Source of the DNA: Squalus acanthias
Lineage: Eukaryota
Direction of reading: 5' to 3'
Assembly: GCA_030390025.1 (NCBI GenBank)
Contig: JASTWF010000363.1
Location: 310,001-374,000, forward strand
DNA: 64,000 nucleotides
Below the pieces are notes generated by a model that worked only from the letters and a program-made list of their open reading frames with translations, did no database searches and had not been told where the DNA came from. Shown in pieces: positions 14,813-26,800 of this stretch. The translations under genes and the position numbers were made by a program. The first letter of the stretch is position 1; each line of letters starts with the position of its first letter.

Positions 14813-15137
14813 CTGTCTTTGTGATGAGACATTAAACAGAGGCCCCATCTGCCCCCTCAGGTGGACATAAGATCCCATGGTAATATTTCAATGAAGAGCA
14901 GGGGAATTTTATCCGGTGTCCTGACCAATATTTATCCCTCAACTAACAGCACTTAAACAGATTATCTGGTCATTATCACATTGCTGTTTTGTGGAACCTT
15001 GCTGTGCACAAATTGGATGTCATGTTTCCTACATTACAACAGTGACTACATTTCAAAAGTACTTCATTGGCTGTAAAGCACTTTGGGACCTCCCTGAAGT
15101 CGTGAAAGGCGCTATATAAATGCAAGTCTGTCTTTAT
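14813..15137 (+). mobile_element. Deu-domain SINE (SacSINE1-like), central domain and L2-type tail
   Basis: GATGAGACATTAAAC...GATCCCATGG...CATTATCACATTGCTGTTT...GGCGCTATATAAATGCAAGT; homologous to 29658-30010. Confidence 0.85.
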
Positions 15138-15560
15138 TTGGGTCGATTAGGCTTATATTTGCTAGAGTTTAGAAGAATGAGAGGGGATCTCATTGAAACT
15201 TATAAAATTCTAACCGGACTAGACAGACTAGATGCAGGAAGGATGTTCCTGATGGCGGGGGAGTCCAGAACCAGAGGTCACAGTCTAAGGATAAGGGGTA
15301 AGCCATTTAGGACTGAGATGAGGAGGAATTTCTTCACCCAGAGAGTGGTGAACCTGTGGAATTCTCTACCACAGAAGGCAGTTGAGGCCAATTCATTAAA
15401 TATATTCAAGAAGGAGTTAGATTTATTTCTTAAGGCTAAAGGGATATGGGGAGAAAGCAGGGACAGGGTACTGAATTTGGATGATCAGCCATGATCTCAT
15501 TAAATGGCAGAGCAGGCTCGAGGGGCCGAATAGCCTGCTCCTATCTTGTATGCTTCTATG
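15138..15560 (+). mobile_element. CR1 LINE 3' end
   Basis: ORF LGLYLLEFRRMRGDLIETYKIL...FFTQRVVNLWNSLP plus 3' UTR; inverted relative to 12191-12620. Confidence 0.9.
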
Positions 15561-16728
15561 CTTTATTTCTTTCTCAACCGAGTGACCGGCTAGACTGCTT
15601 CAGAGGGCGTTGTAGAAAGGGGTAGCAGGTTCCTGTCCCTGAAGTGAATCTGTTTGATTATGGAACAGTCTAGCAGTTTTTTTTATCCTGATGCCAGCTC
15701 ATAAATGACTAGATTTACTGATATAATTTTCATAACGTGTAGTGATAGGATTTGAACTCATCACCTCTCGGTTGCTATTCCAGTACTTAACCACTACACA
15801 CCCGTATCTTCACCCTGTTCCTTCTTGGAATGCTATTGTTATCCTGGGATTTAAAAAAAAGGTAAGAGATAGAATTGAGACAGGTAAAAGAACATATAAT
15901 AATAACCAAGGCCACTGATTTACAGTTTTCTCAAAAAATGGACAGTCACAGCATTTGATCTCCAGAATACCATGTAATAATAAAAACTGACTTTTTCAAA
16001 TACAGTGAATCAGTAGCCTTGATGATGTATTGTGAATTAAATGGCATGACACCATGTTGTAAATCATTGTATCTTCTGATTCACCATGAGCAAACACCAT
16101 GGGCGAATCGCTAGTCATCTATCTGTCCATATATGTCAATTTCAGTATTTGGGCGCATGTTTCATTGAAAACTCTTGGGTACCTATAGCACACATTACTC
16201 CTGAAGGTGGTGGTGTGATGGGTATCTGCAATATTAAAGTATCACACTCTGACATGCAATGGCTGCTATTTTACAGGGAGAGTACTTGTCCTAATTGTGC
16301 AATTCGATCACCGGCTTCCCTCAGAATGCTTTCTGCAATTTTCTTTCACCCACCATTTTTTCCCTGTGTAACTGAAATTTCTTGTATCCACAATAAGGGT
16401 TTAAACAACTTTTAAAAAAAATACATGATTCACCAAGAACGTGATTACATTTATCCATTTAATTGTCTTTTGCGTCTTTTAATTCTTTCATTTAAAGTTA
16501 AATATGAGCTTTGACGTTCTGAGAGTTTAATGGGCAATTAATGCGCAAATGCAGCAATTTCTTAAATATGGGGAGTTTGAGGGTGAGGAGCGGCGTAAAT
16601 CGAACAGCAGGTTATGGAAATTCTCGTGTTTCTCCTCTTAACTTTCTGGCCAATTTGCGCATTAATAACTGCATGCGTAGTGTATTAGTAAGGCTTGCAT
16701 TGACAGCCTTGCTCTGCCTTTCCAACTA

Positions 16729-17092
16729 CAGGAAACTCTTTATTAACCGGCACCCAAATATCCAGAAATCTCTCTTAACCGGCAAAGTTCTTGAGTAGGT
16801 AACCGGGGTTTTCCTTCATCTCTTGTTTAAAATTAACTTTAAAAAAAACCCCGAGGCGTTTGCCTTGTATCGGAGCGTGTAGATTGGGAGGGGAAAGTGC
16901 AGCCCGGGTAGGCAGCGGACACGACAGATGGTCAGCTGGCGGTCCCCGGGGAGACGGCGCTCCGAATGCAGGCGCATGTCAATGTGTACGGGGCTCTCGT
17001 ACGTTGGGAGATATAACTCTCCATTATCCGGACTTTTTGATTAACCGGCACCACGCCGGTCCCGTCGGTGCCGGTTAATAAAGAGTTTCCTG
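16729..17092. mobile_element. Tigger/pogo-type MITE with perfect TIRs
   Basis: 26-bp perfect TIR CAGGAAACTCTTTATTAACCGGCACC with TA on both sides; CpG-rich interior. Confidence 0.9.
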
Positions 17093-17261
17093 TAGCTGGT
17101 TAGCTATGCTTTCTCTTCTCCCTCCCCCCCTGCTGGTCTCCAGCTATTTTGGGCTCCTCTCCATGCCTGTGCTTCATTCCTACTGGTTCATGACCTCTGT
17201 CATAGGGCTGTTCTCATCAACTCTGTTGGCAGCTTAATGCCAAGTCCATGGCTGGTTCTGA

Positions 17262-17343
17262 ATAAAACTGTTGGACTATAACCTGGTGTTGTGCGACCTC
17301 TCAATTTTGTCCACCCCAGTCCAACACCGGCATCTCCGCATCA
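17262..17343 (+). mobile_element. Penelope-like element terminal fragment
   Basis: ATAAAACTGTTGGACTATAACCTGGTGTTGTGCGAC matches the 33398 element in reverse; 9-bp direct repeat TGGTTCTGA at 17253-17261 and 17344-17352. Confidence 0.7.
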
Positions 17344-17509
17344 TGGTTCTGAGGTCCCCAGCCTCCCTGTAGCAGCAAAATATGGATGAAGACACGTACA
17401 AGATAAATCGGCGTGAGCTTCACTTAGGCAAACAGATGAACTTGAGCCCCACAATCTTCCTTAAATTCTGGGTTTATCTTTTTGTTTGGGTATGAAGCAC
17501 TTCCTGGTT

Positions 17510-17990
17510 AATACAAAATCAATTACTTTTGGAAGTGTAGTCACTTATTATGTAGGCAAATATAGGAGCCATTTTGTGCATAGTAGGGTTCCACAAACAG
17601 CAAATTAGATAACCGACCAATTAACCTGTTTTGGCGGTGTTGGTTAAGGGACCAATGTTGGTTACGACACCCTTAGAACTCCCTGCCCCTCTTTGAATAG
17701 TGCCATTGGATTTTATGTGTCCACCTGAACAGACGGATGGGGCCTTGGTTTAACGTCTCATCGAAAAGACGGCAACCTGACGATACAACACTCCCTGTGC
17801 TGCACTGAAGTACCATCCTCTCATGGGATAGACATGAGTTCTGTAGAGATCTATTCTGAGTTAACTGACCACACTATGGTATTTGTTATTTGAAGAGTAA
17901 TTTTGTAAATATGTGCTGATGTGTCCTGCAGTGATGTATGAACCCATGACCTTCTGATTTAGAGGTGAATGCTACAGCTCAATTGACACC
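17510..17990 (-). mobile_element. Degenerate Deu-domain SINE
   Basis: 17510-17810 is reverse-complement similar to 29658-30010; remnant tRNA-like head near 17930-17990. Confidence 0.7.
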
Positions 17991-18383
17991 TGGATTCCCA
18001 CAGGGAGCACTTGAGCTCTATCACTACTCTGGCCTTCATGTAGCTCAAATGCTGCATTCCCATGGCATATGTAGCTTTCCCCAGTCCATTGCATTGCTTT
18101 TTTCTGTGTTGTATGCCCTACTTAACTCTGACACTTTCCAGTTCATGTCCTGGACTACCCATGAAGAACACAACTGCAGATCTGCTATCTTCCCTATAGA
18201 ATATTCTTCCCTTTTAAGTCCTAATAGAAATGCAACACCTTCCTGGTTAAATATGCATTGGGTCTTGCACAGATAACAATTCTGTTGATTCTGCAATTAC
18301 TTGAATTTATTTGTTAGACAAGATTAAGGCTGCACAATTACTAGACATCAGTACGAAATGCTCTTTTAGCAATTAGAGATAAA

Positions 18384-19009
18384 GGGCTGGATTTCTGTCT
18401 GGGGCAGATTGACTACTGGGGGTGGTTTGGGACAAGAATTCCACCCATCATCCTAACCCAACCATGATCCCAAACTATTTATTTGGGTCAGGACTCATTA
18501 AAAATGCAGGGTGGGCTGCTGCCGGTATCTCTGCCACACAGAAGGGGCCTGTGCCCTGCTAGGAACCAAAATTCAGGGAGCAGCAGTGCTAGAAAGTGGA
18601 GTTACAGTTCAAGGAGGCAGAAATGCCCCAAACATTTTTGGCATAGTTGGTATGAAGGCTTCTGAATGAGCCAAGGCCTATTCTTGTAAAGGTATGTTGG
18701 CATGGAGGAAAATCCAGCTTCCATCAGGCCCTTTCCCTCCAACAGGGCCATCAGTGGGCTTCCTGCTGCTGGCCCAGTACCTACCACCACCCCCTTCTGC
18801 CGTTATCAGCAGAAAAATCAGCCGGTTTCCCTAGCCCTGCCCTCTCCGCTGTCATTTAAAATGTAGCAGGGTGGTCAAGTGTCAGGCAGCCACAATCCCT
18901 GCTTGTGGGGGAGGGGGGGAATTCGGCGGTAGGCATTCTGCCCATTTTTCCCTCCCTCCCCCATTATACCAGTAGATCTCTGGCATTATAGTGGAGGAAA
19001 GTCCAGGCC
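18384..19009. mobile_element. Possible Harbinger-type non-autonomous element
   Basis: GC-rich block bounded by imperfect inverted ends GGGCTGGATTT / AAAGTCCAGGCC, resembling the TIRs at 56947 and 58601. Confidence 0.35.
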
Positions 19010-20579
19010 AAAAAGCATACTTGCCTTTACATGCATACAAGTGATGCAGTTTCTAATGTGTCCACCAAAGAAGTTCCTAGTGCTTGTGTATCCTGGTCTA
19101 TCAGGGATTTGTATTGCTAATTATTGATCCATTACTAAATGTTGTAGGCTTAGCTCATAAGACTATTGTTTGTAAAATAATTATGTAATTGATCTCTGTC
19201 CTCTGCACTACGTAAAGGTTGCTGACTTCCTTGATCCAAGTGACTAGCTCATTCAAGCAATAATATTACATTATTCATTCAATCCTACCAGTAAGGAGGT
19301 GCAGAAATAAACTTCAATTCGTTGGAAGTGGGAGGTTTATCATTGGGCTGCCTTTCAAATCAACTGGTCACCAAGAATTGTGATTAAGTTCAGCCCTCGT
19401 TTTGTGTCTCTGTTTAAAAAAATCTGTCACTGATACTTTTATACTACAAAGTTGATCCTGAGTGCAAGAGTAACATTTGAGGTAACCTGGTAGTATAAAC
19501 AACCTGCTATGAAACTTTCCTGGAGTGACAGCAAGGCTATACAGCGTTAGTGGAATTTGTTCTTGGGTCTGCCATTTTTAGCTATCCAGTTGTATTAGGT
19601 AAGGTCTGTACCCAGATCACAGTTGCAAACATTGTGCAGGTTCCTGATGGTACTTAATCACCTTTATACTTTAGAACGGTTTCAGCAGCAAAATAAAGTG
19701 CTATATATGCAGCAGAGTTCCAAGTCATTTTAGTGGCTTCAAACAACAAACTTTGTGTACTTGCAATATTCCTCCCGTGTCAAATCCACCCCACAGTATA
19801 AAGAGATTCAACACCAGCGGGAACTGAAAGTTACAGAAAGCAGTTCAGTGTTGTAAAAAGAGGATAAGGGGAAATGATTTGATTGAGATATTGAGCCCAA
19901 AGGGATTGTGGAAGCTAAATTAATATTCGTAGACAATATTTTTACATTAGTAGTGTATCGTTGGCAACAGGTACTCAATACTCCTACTGCCAGCACTGTA
20001 TAATATAACAGAAGCAAACTCTGCACTAGATAGAACCCAGGGCCTAACTTTTTGTGGGTTGGGAAAGCAGAGATGGAGGTGTGGAGAAGACAGGGCTCCT
20101 ATTGGCTCTCTTAACAAGAGACTGGAACCCCGCAGATGCAGTAAAAAGGGGAGAATGGTGCTTGAAAGTCAGTGGCTAGCAAGGAAAACTCTCCCAGAGC
20201 TCTGGAACTAATATAAAAGTGTCTGTACAACCATTATTGTACCTTTCTTTGCTAAGTGTGTTAATTTATTTCCAGTGTTGTGTTTAATAATCCTTACCAA
20301 TCAATTTCTTTGTGATCAGCACTTCATGCTTAAGTGAAAGAGTTCATGCTTAAATTAAAGAGTTTGATTTGTTCTTTTGTTGGGAGTAGGAGTTTTGGTG
20401 CAGGTTTAGGTTCTTCATAAATTTCTGCCTCAGTGCAACTCTCCTGTAACCGGTTTACATGCCATTTATACTTAATATATAGAACGGCTCCCAGTGGAAT
20501 TAGTTCTGTTATATAGCCCAATATCCCTTGATGCCAAATTTGCCCTGTTTACATTGCAGAGTGGATTTGGAAACGCCAG

Positions 20580-20912
20580 AATATAAGAAATAGGAGCAGG
20601 AGTAGGCCATTCGACCCCTCGACCCTGCTCTGCCATTCAATAAGATCATGGCTGATCTGATCTTGGCCTCAACTCCACTTTCCTGCCCGCTCCCCATAAC
20701 CCTTGATTCCCCTGTTTTTCAAAAATCTGTCTATCTCCGCCTTGAATATATTCAATGACTCGGCTTCCACAGCCCTCTAGGGTAGAGAATTCCAAAGATT
20801 CACGACCCTCTGAGAGAAGAAATTCCTTCTCATCTCCGTTTTAAATGGGCGACCCCTTATTCTGAAACTATGCCCCCTAGTTCGAGATTCCCCCACGAGG
20901 GGAAACATCCTA
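20580..20912 (-). mobile_element. CR1 LINE 3' end
   Basis: Closely similar to 12191-12520 (ATAAGAAATAGGAGCAGGAGTAGGCCATT...). Confidence 0.9.
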
Positions 20913-21759
20913 CCTGCAACATTTGCACACATGCATGCAGCTGCTGGAAAATAACTATGCTCACTTCCTACAAAGTTATATTCATGACTTTATCATTTTG
21001 GCTGCTAGCCTTCTCTGTCGAGGAAAGGTCTGTAGGGACCCACAAGGTCAAAACTGCTGTCAACCACCTTTGGCCAAAATACAGCAATGAACTTGATGTC
21101 AATTGCTGCTAGTGACCGTCATTTATTTTTTCCATGGCAAAAAAGGCACTCGTAAGGTAAGATTTGTCTTGATACCATCTTACTTATATTTCAGCACTGC
21201 CTCCCAAGACAGCACTGAATTGTAAATGGCATATTACTGTTGAGCAAAGATTTAGGAAGTAGAAATGTATTCAAAGCCCCATATATAAATTTCAGGAATT
21301 CAATGTTGGATTCAAGGAGATAAATTGGAGAAAATGCAATGGACATAAATACTGCACAAACCTTGATTTTTATATCAACAACCCGTTGGAGGTTTTTTGT
21401 AATATCTAGTTGAAATGTTTGCTTTTTATTGGGCACATGAATTAGAGCTAATACTGCAGATAGTGAATCATTTCCCTTTGGATTTAAAATGTCCAATGGG
21501 CAACTTAATTTTTGTTTTGACTGTTGTAGTGGATTTGCAGATTTCACACAAGTGATGCTGGGTTAAGTTAGTACACCATGTAGCTCAGAATTTTTTTTTA
21601 AAAAGTTGTTTTTTGATAACCTGGTGCTGATTGAGTTATTCACCATGGTGAGGTGATTCAATGAACATGTTCTTGGGATCTTTTTTCCCATTCACCTGTC
21701 AGCATTTTACAATTATGATTTAGGAAGAAGAAAGTAATAAGGTGCAAAAAGGGGATATG

Positions 21760-23516
21760 AGTTTTATAAATACATTGAGAGATAGTGGTAAAGGGAAATG
21801 TGGGCCCATTAAAGACAGAGGCAGATGAGACTATAATGGACAAGGAAAAGGCAGACTTATTAAATGAGTATGTATCTGTGGAGGAAGAGGGCAAAATACC
21901 AGTGTTGCAAGGGAGCCTAAAAATAAGTCAAGGGAAGGAATGTAGTGTATTAAGTTTTTTTTTAAAATGGTAATGGAGCAAATAATTGGGATAAATCTCC
22001 AGGATCTCATGGTTTCCACTCCAGGGTATTAAAAACAGGCAAAGAAATTGCAGATGCATTAGTCATAATTTTTCAATGCCCTCCAGTTTCAGGAATTGTG
22101 CCTTTTTGGTTTGGAAGTTTACAAATGTCATTCCATTATTTTAGAAGGGAGGGAGAAACCAGGTAATGGCAGACCTGTCAGTTTAACATCAATTGTGGAA
22201 AAGATATTGCAATCATCAGAGGCAGAGTGATTGAGCACTTGAACAACTATCAGTTGATCAGAGAGTCAGCATGGATTTGTGAAGGATAGGCCATGTCTGA
22301 CTAATCTAGTTGAAATTTTTTAGGTCACTAGCATGGTGGATAAGGGAGCATCTATTGATGTTGTTTATATGGACTTCCAGAAGGCATATGTGATCAGGTT
22401 CTGCACAAGAGATTATTAGCAAAAATGAGCGTGCATAGAATTGGAGATAACCTTGTGAAATGGGTTGGTAATTGGTTGGGAGGTAGGAGATAGAGAGTAG
22501 GGATACAGGGAATGTACTCTGATTCATGGGATGTGACAATTGGTGTTCCCCAGGGATCTGTACTTGGACCTCAGCTTTGTACCATATATGTTACGGTGAA
22601 GGAAAGAGTGTTGCATATCCAAGTTTGCAGATAACACTTAAGTTAGGAGGCACAGTAAGTTCTGTGGATGAGAGCAGGAAGTTGCAAAGGGAAATAGACA
22701 GATTAAGTGTGTGGGCAAAACTATGGCAAATGCAATTCAATGTGGGGGAACTGTGAGGTCATCCACCCACTTTGGATCTGAGAAATACAAATCAGAATAT
22801 TTTCTTAATGGTGAGAGACTCGGAGCTGTGGAGGAGCAAAGGGATTCTTGAACACATTACTTTTTATACTTGTGCATTAGCTTTTAGTAATCAAAAAGGC
22901 TAATGGAATGTTGGCCTTTATCTCAAGGCAATTGGAATTCAAAAGTGAGGAAGTGATGTTTCACTTGTATTGAGCCTTTGCGAGGTCCTAACTGCATTCT
23001 GTTCTGGGCACTGAACCTCAGGAAAGATATATTGGCCTTGGAAGGGGTACAGTGCAGATTTGCCAGAATTATACCAGAGCTTAAAGGGTTAAATTGAGGA
23101 CAGGTTGGCTTGTATTTCTTTGAGTTTAGAAGGTTGAGGGGTGATCTAATCAAGGTATTTAAAATGATAACAGTATTCAATATGAGCGATACAGAGAAGC
23201 TACATCCTGTAGTGTGGGAATCCAGAACAAGAAGGCATAATCTTAATTAGAGCTAGGCCATTTAGGAGTGAAATTGGGAAGGACTTTTCCACACAAACGG
23301 TAGTGGACATCTGGAATTCTTTCCCCAAAAGGCTGTGGATGCTGGGTCGATTTAAATTTTCAAGACTGAGATCAATAGATTTTTGTTGGGTAAGGGTATT
23401 GAGGGATACGGAACAAAGGCGGGTCGTGAAGTTGAGATACAGATCAGTCATGCTCTAATTGAATGGTGGAACAGGCTCGAGGGGTTGAATGGCCTACTCC
23501 TGTTCCTATGTTCCTA
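21760..23516 (+). mobile_element. Degraded CR1 LINE ending ~70 bp upstream of an MKRN1 exon
   Basis: VGPLKTEADETIMDKEKADLLNEY and RT remnants; 3' tail TTCCTATGTTCCTA. Confidence 0.9.
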
Positions 23517-23583
23517 AGCGAAAAGGTTGTTATCCCAGGTTTATGATGTTGCATTAATTGTAACATCCCTAATTGATATACAG

Positions 23584-23828
23584 GTATGACCACGTGAAGC
23601 CGTCAAAGCAAGGATTGTCGGAGGTTCAGAGTGGTCCTACGCCATTGATCCCGAAGGATTCTGCCACCGCATCAGCTACTAAACTTACTCCACTTACCAA
23701 ATTAAATGGTGAAATGAGCACAAAAACAGCAGTGATTGAGGAATCCAACCCTGCAACAACAAGCTCAAACCTGGAGGACTGGGTTAATGCAGCAGAGTTT
23801 ATACCTGGACAGCCATACTGTGGACGAA
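23584..23828 (+). CDS. MKRN1: MKRN1 coding exon (equivalent to exon 3) with PAM2-like PABP-binding motif
   Basis: Acceptor TACAG|G, donor A|GTAAGC; translates (R)YDHVKPSKQ...[18 protein letters not shown]. Confidence 0.93.
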
Positions 23829-26800
23829 GTAAGCTGATTCGACATGTTTACGTGCTTGATACTTAACGAAATAAAAAAAACACAAACAACCTACTGTAGT
23901 ATTTCTCAGTTTACTGTATATAGCCTCCAATATACAACGTTATTTACAATAACTTGTAACAAACAGTTCCCTATTTTTTACCTTACAAAATGAACATGGG
24001 CTGTATAGGGCTAGGTAAATGGTTCAGATTTGATTTCCATTTTAAAAGAGCTGTTGGTTTCAATTCTTTTTTTGCTCAGATTTTGTGAAAATGGAGGTTA
24101 CAATGTTAAACTAAAACAGCACAATTATGTGATTTATGTTAGATTTATGTGTCCATGTCCCTGTACCCCTCCTCCTGCCCCACCCTCTTCCCCCAGGTTA
24201 CACACACATTTGCTTTTGTTAGGAGCTGGTATTACAATGCTCCTGTAATGGCTGCGTGCTTTTCTCCTCCCACTTACTGGTTCTCCTCTTTAGATTCCTC
24301 CTGAAAATAACATTTATGTTAAATAATGTAACATTGATGTAAAGTCAAATCAAATGGGAGCCCTCACCCTTGGGACACAAAATGCCATAACGCGCTTAGG
24401 AATAAAGCTACAAATCGGTAACGCTTCCCAAAATCAATCTTTGCTGGAAGTTGCTAAGCATTGTTTAATTATTTGAGGAACGAGAAATGCTTTCAGCGTA
24501 TAATACTTATTCCCTAGTGTCTTTCCTCAATTGTTTGATATTTTAATTGATTTTCTGTAAGAATACAGAAGGAAGATAACACCAGAAAACATCATGACAG
24601 AGTTTACAATCGTGATGCAGAGTACAACATGCTAATCAAGGATAGGGAAGAACTACATGCCAGATATCTTTAGGTCCATAGAACTGCTTTACCTTGTCAA
24701 AAGGTATTGTTAAGTGGAATCTATGGAACAGCACACCCTGGCATATTTCTGGAAGTATCAAGAGAGGCTGGGACAGAGGGAGGCAACAGGACACCAGTCA
24801 GTGCAACCACCAGTCTGTTACTGGATGTCATCCATAAGTACTGAATAAATGTTTCTCAGGCTTTTGGTAAAATCACGAACAATAATTCCTGTTTTCATGA
24901 ACTCTGGCCATGCTACATTTTACTTAGCCAGCTCGGAAGTAGACATGTTTACACACGTCCAGTGCAGTAATCCTCTCGGAAATACATCTTCTAGCTACCA
25001 ATAATTGCCATATAGTCCTTTTTGTATAAAGTGGCTGATGAGCAGTATTTAAATTTTAGTCAAGTTCCTCAAAGGGCTTTCCTTTATTCAACTGTTGGGT
25101 GAGAATGCTGCAAAGGCTGGAGTTGGCTGCTTTTTAAGGGATAAAGTGGCTCCAGGTGCATGTGTCTCAAGTGATGAAACCAAGAACTTTATTCACATGT
25201 CATTTTCAAAATGTAACTTTTTCCACAATTAGTGGCTCTGTATAAAGCTTGATATACTGTGGCAGTTTGCAGCTTCTGCTATTTAGTGAAGGTGCTGTAT
25301 TTATGGTTCTAAATAGTTAACATACCAAAATCTGCTCTGGTTACTATATCTGGGATAGCCTAATTTAGCTTTTAAAAGCTAATTTATAATGGAGCCCTCC
25401 TGGGATGCCATACAGTACAGTGGAACTTAATAAATTATTCTTGCAAAACTTTTGGTCTTTTTCCTGAGATTTAGCAGCAGCTACATAATTATTGAGGATA
25501 TCTTGAACCCCTCCTTAGAATTAGTACTTTACAGTTTCACATTTGCGATAACGAGGCCTCTTGTAAAACCAAATATAAAAAGGTCAATAATAAAAAGTAT
25601 TAAAATATAGTTTACAAAGTGTAAGTGTAATTTAAGAACTGTGCATCCAAAATGATTACATCTGTTTTTTAAATTGCAAGTGCTTGGAAAAAATGGTTGC
25701 GACTGAAAAGGCTAGTTATAAAAATATAAATCTGAGGTGAATAATTTACCTTATTGTTTTTAACCTAGCAATTTTAGCTATGTCTCGTATCAAAGCACAT
25801 TCCTTGTGCCAGTAGATTTCATTATTAAAAAGCCATCAACATGTGCAAGTCATTTTAAATTTTTTGTCCAGGAATATTCATGTAAAATGAACATTAATGA
25901 ATGGTTTAAATACACTTTCTTAAAAATCCTCCTCAGATGACAGATAAATTAAACAATATTTCCTTTTTCCCAAAAGGATTCTCAAGTGCCTGATCCTGTG
26001 TGACTGCTTGTGGATGGTCAGGTACTGAAGCAGACCTGGTTGTAAACCTGTGCTGCTGTTGAAACCAGGAGGGGAAACTGCAGCTCCATCTTTCCACTGT
26101 TGACCTAGTTTCAAGATGGCAGAGTTGCCACAGCACTGTTTTGTGAATTTTTCTAAAATTTGGTTTTTATATATCAACAATAGAATTGCTATATCAACAA
26201 TTTTCCCATAACCATATGATTTTGGCAGAGCAGACTCTTTTTGAAATTTCCTTTCTTAAAAAAAGGAATTGCACTCCTTTTCATTTTTGGGGGTCTTTGT
26301 GTATTGCATTCTTGGCCCAGCTCAGGTGGCAGCTAGCTTCCTCAAATACCACTTTGAAACTGGCAGCCTGGATACGTAGTTACTCATGGCCTGATTATTC
26401 TTCTTGTGTCAATGAAATCTTGAAATTAAAAACAATTGTCTCAAAATATATATGTCCTTAAGTACTATTTAATGCAGCATATATGTGTCACCTTCACACT
26501 GTTTTTTATGAAGTGTAAACTTTGGCGACGTGACCTTACAGAATTAGAATTCTAATGTAAAGAGACATAGTTACAAGTGTGGTTATTTTTAAAGAACAAA
26601 CCTATTTAAGAGATTTTCTGTTAATTTTGACTAAACCTGTATAAATTATACACACGAGAGGGGAGGAGTATATTTACATTTGAAGTACTTCTCCCTTTTC
26701 ACTTAACTATATTATTCCATTTTAAATATTGCGGGAGGGAAGTATGATCAACCAAACTCCAGACCATTTACTCCAACTTACCTGTAGAGGTCACTGAAGA

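Noticed and set aside
1..23583. MKRN1 exons 1-2 or promoter
   Set aside because: I found no exon encoding the N-terminal C3H1 fingers and no CpG-island promoter; the CpG-rich patches coincide with MITEs. A small exon missed by eye cannot be excluded.
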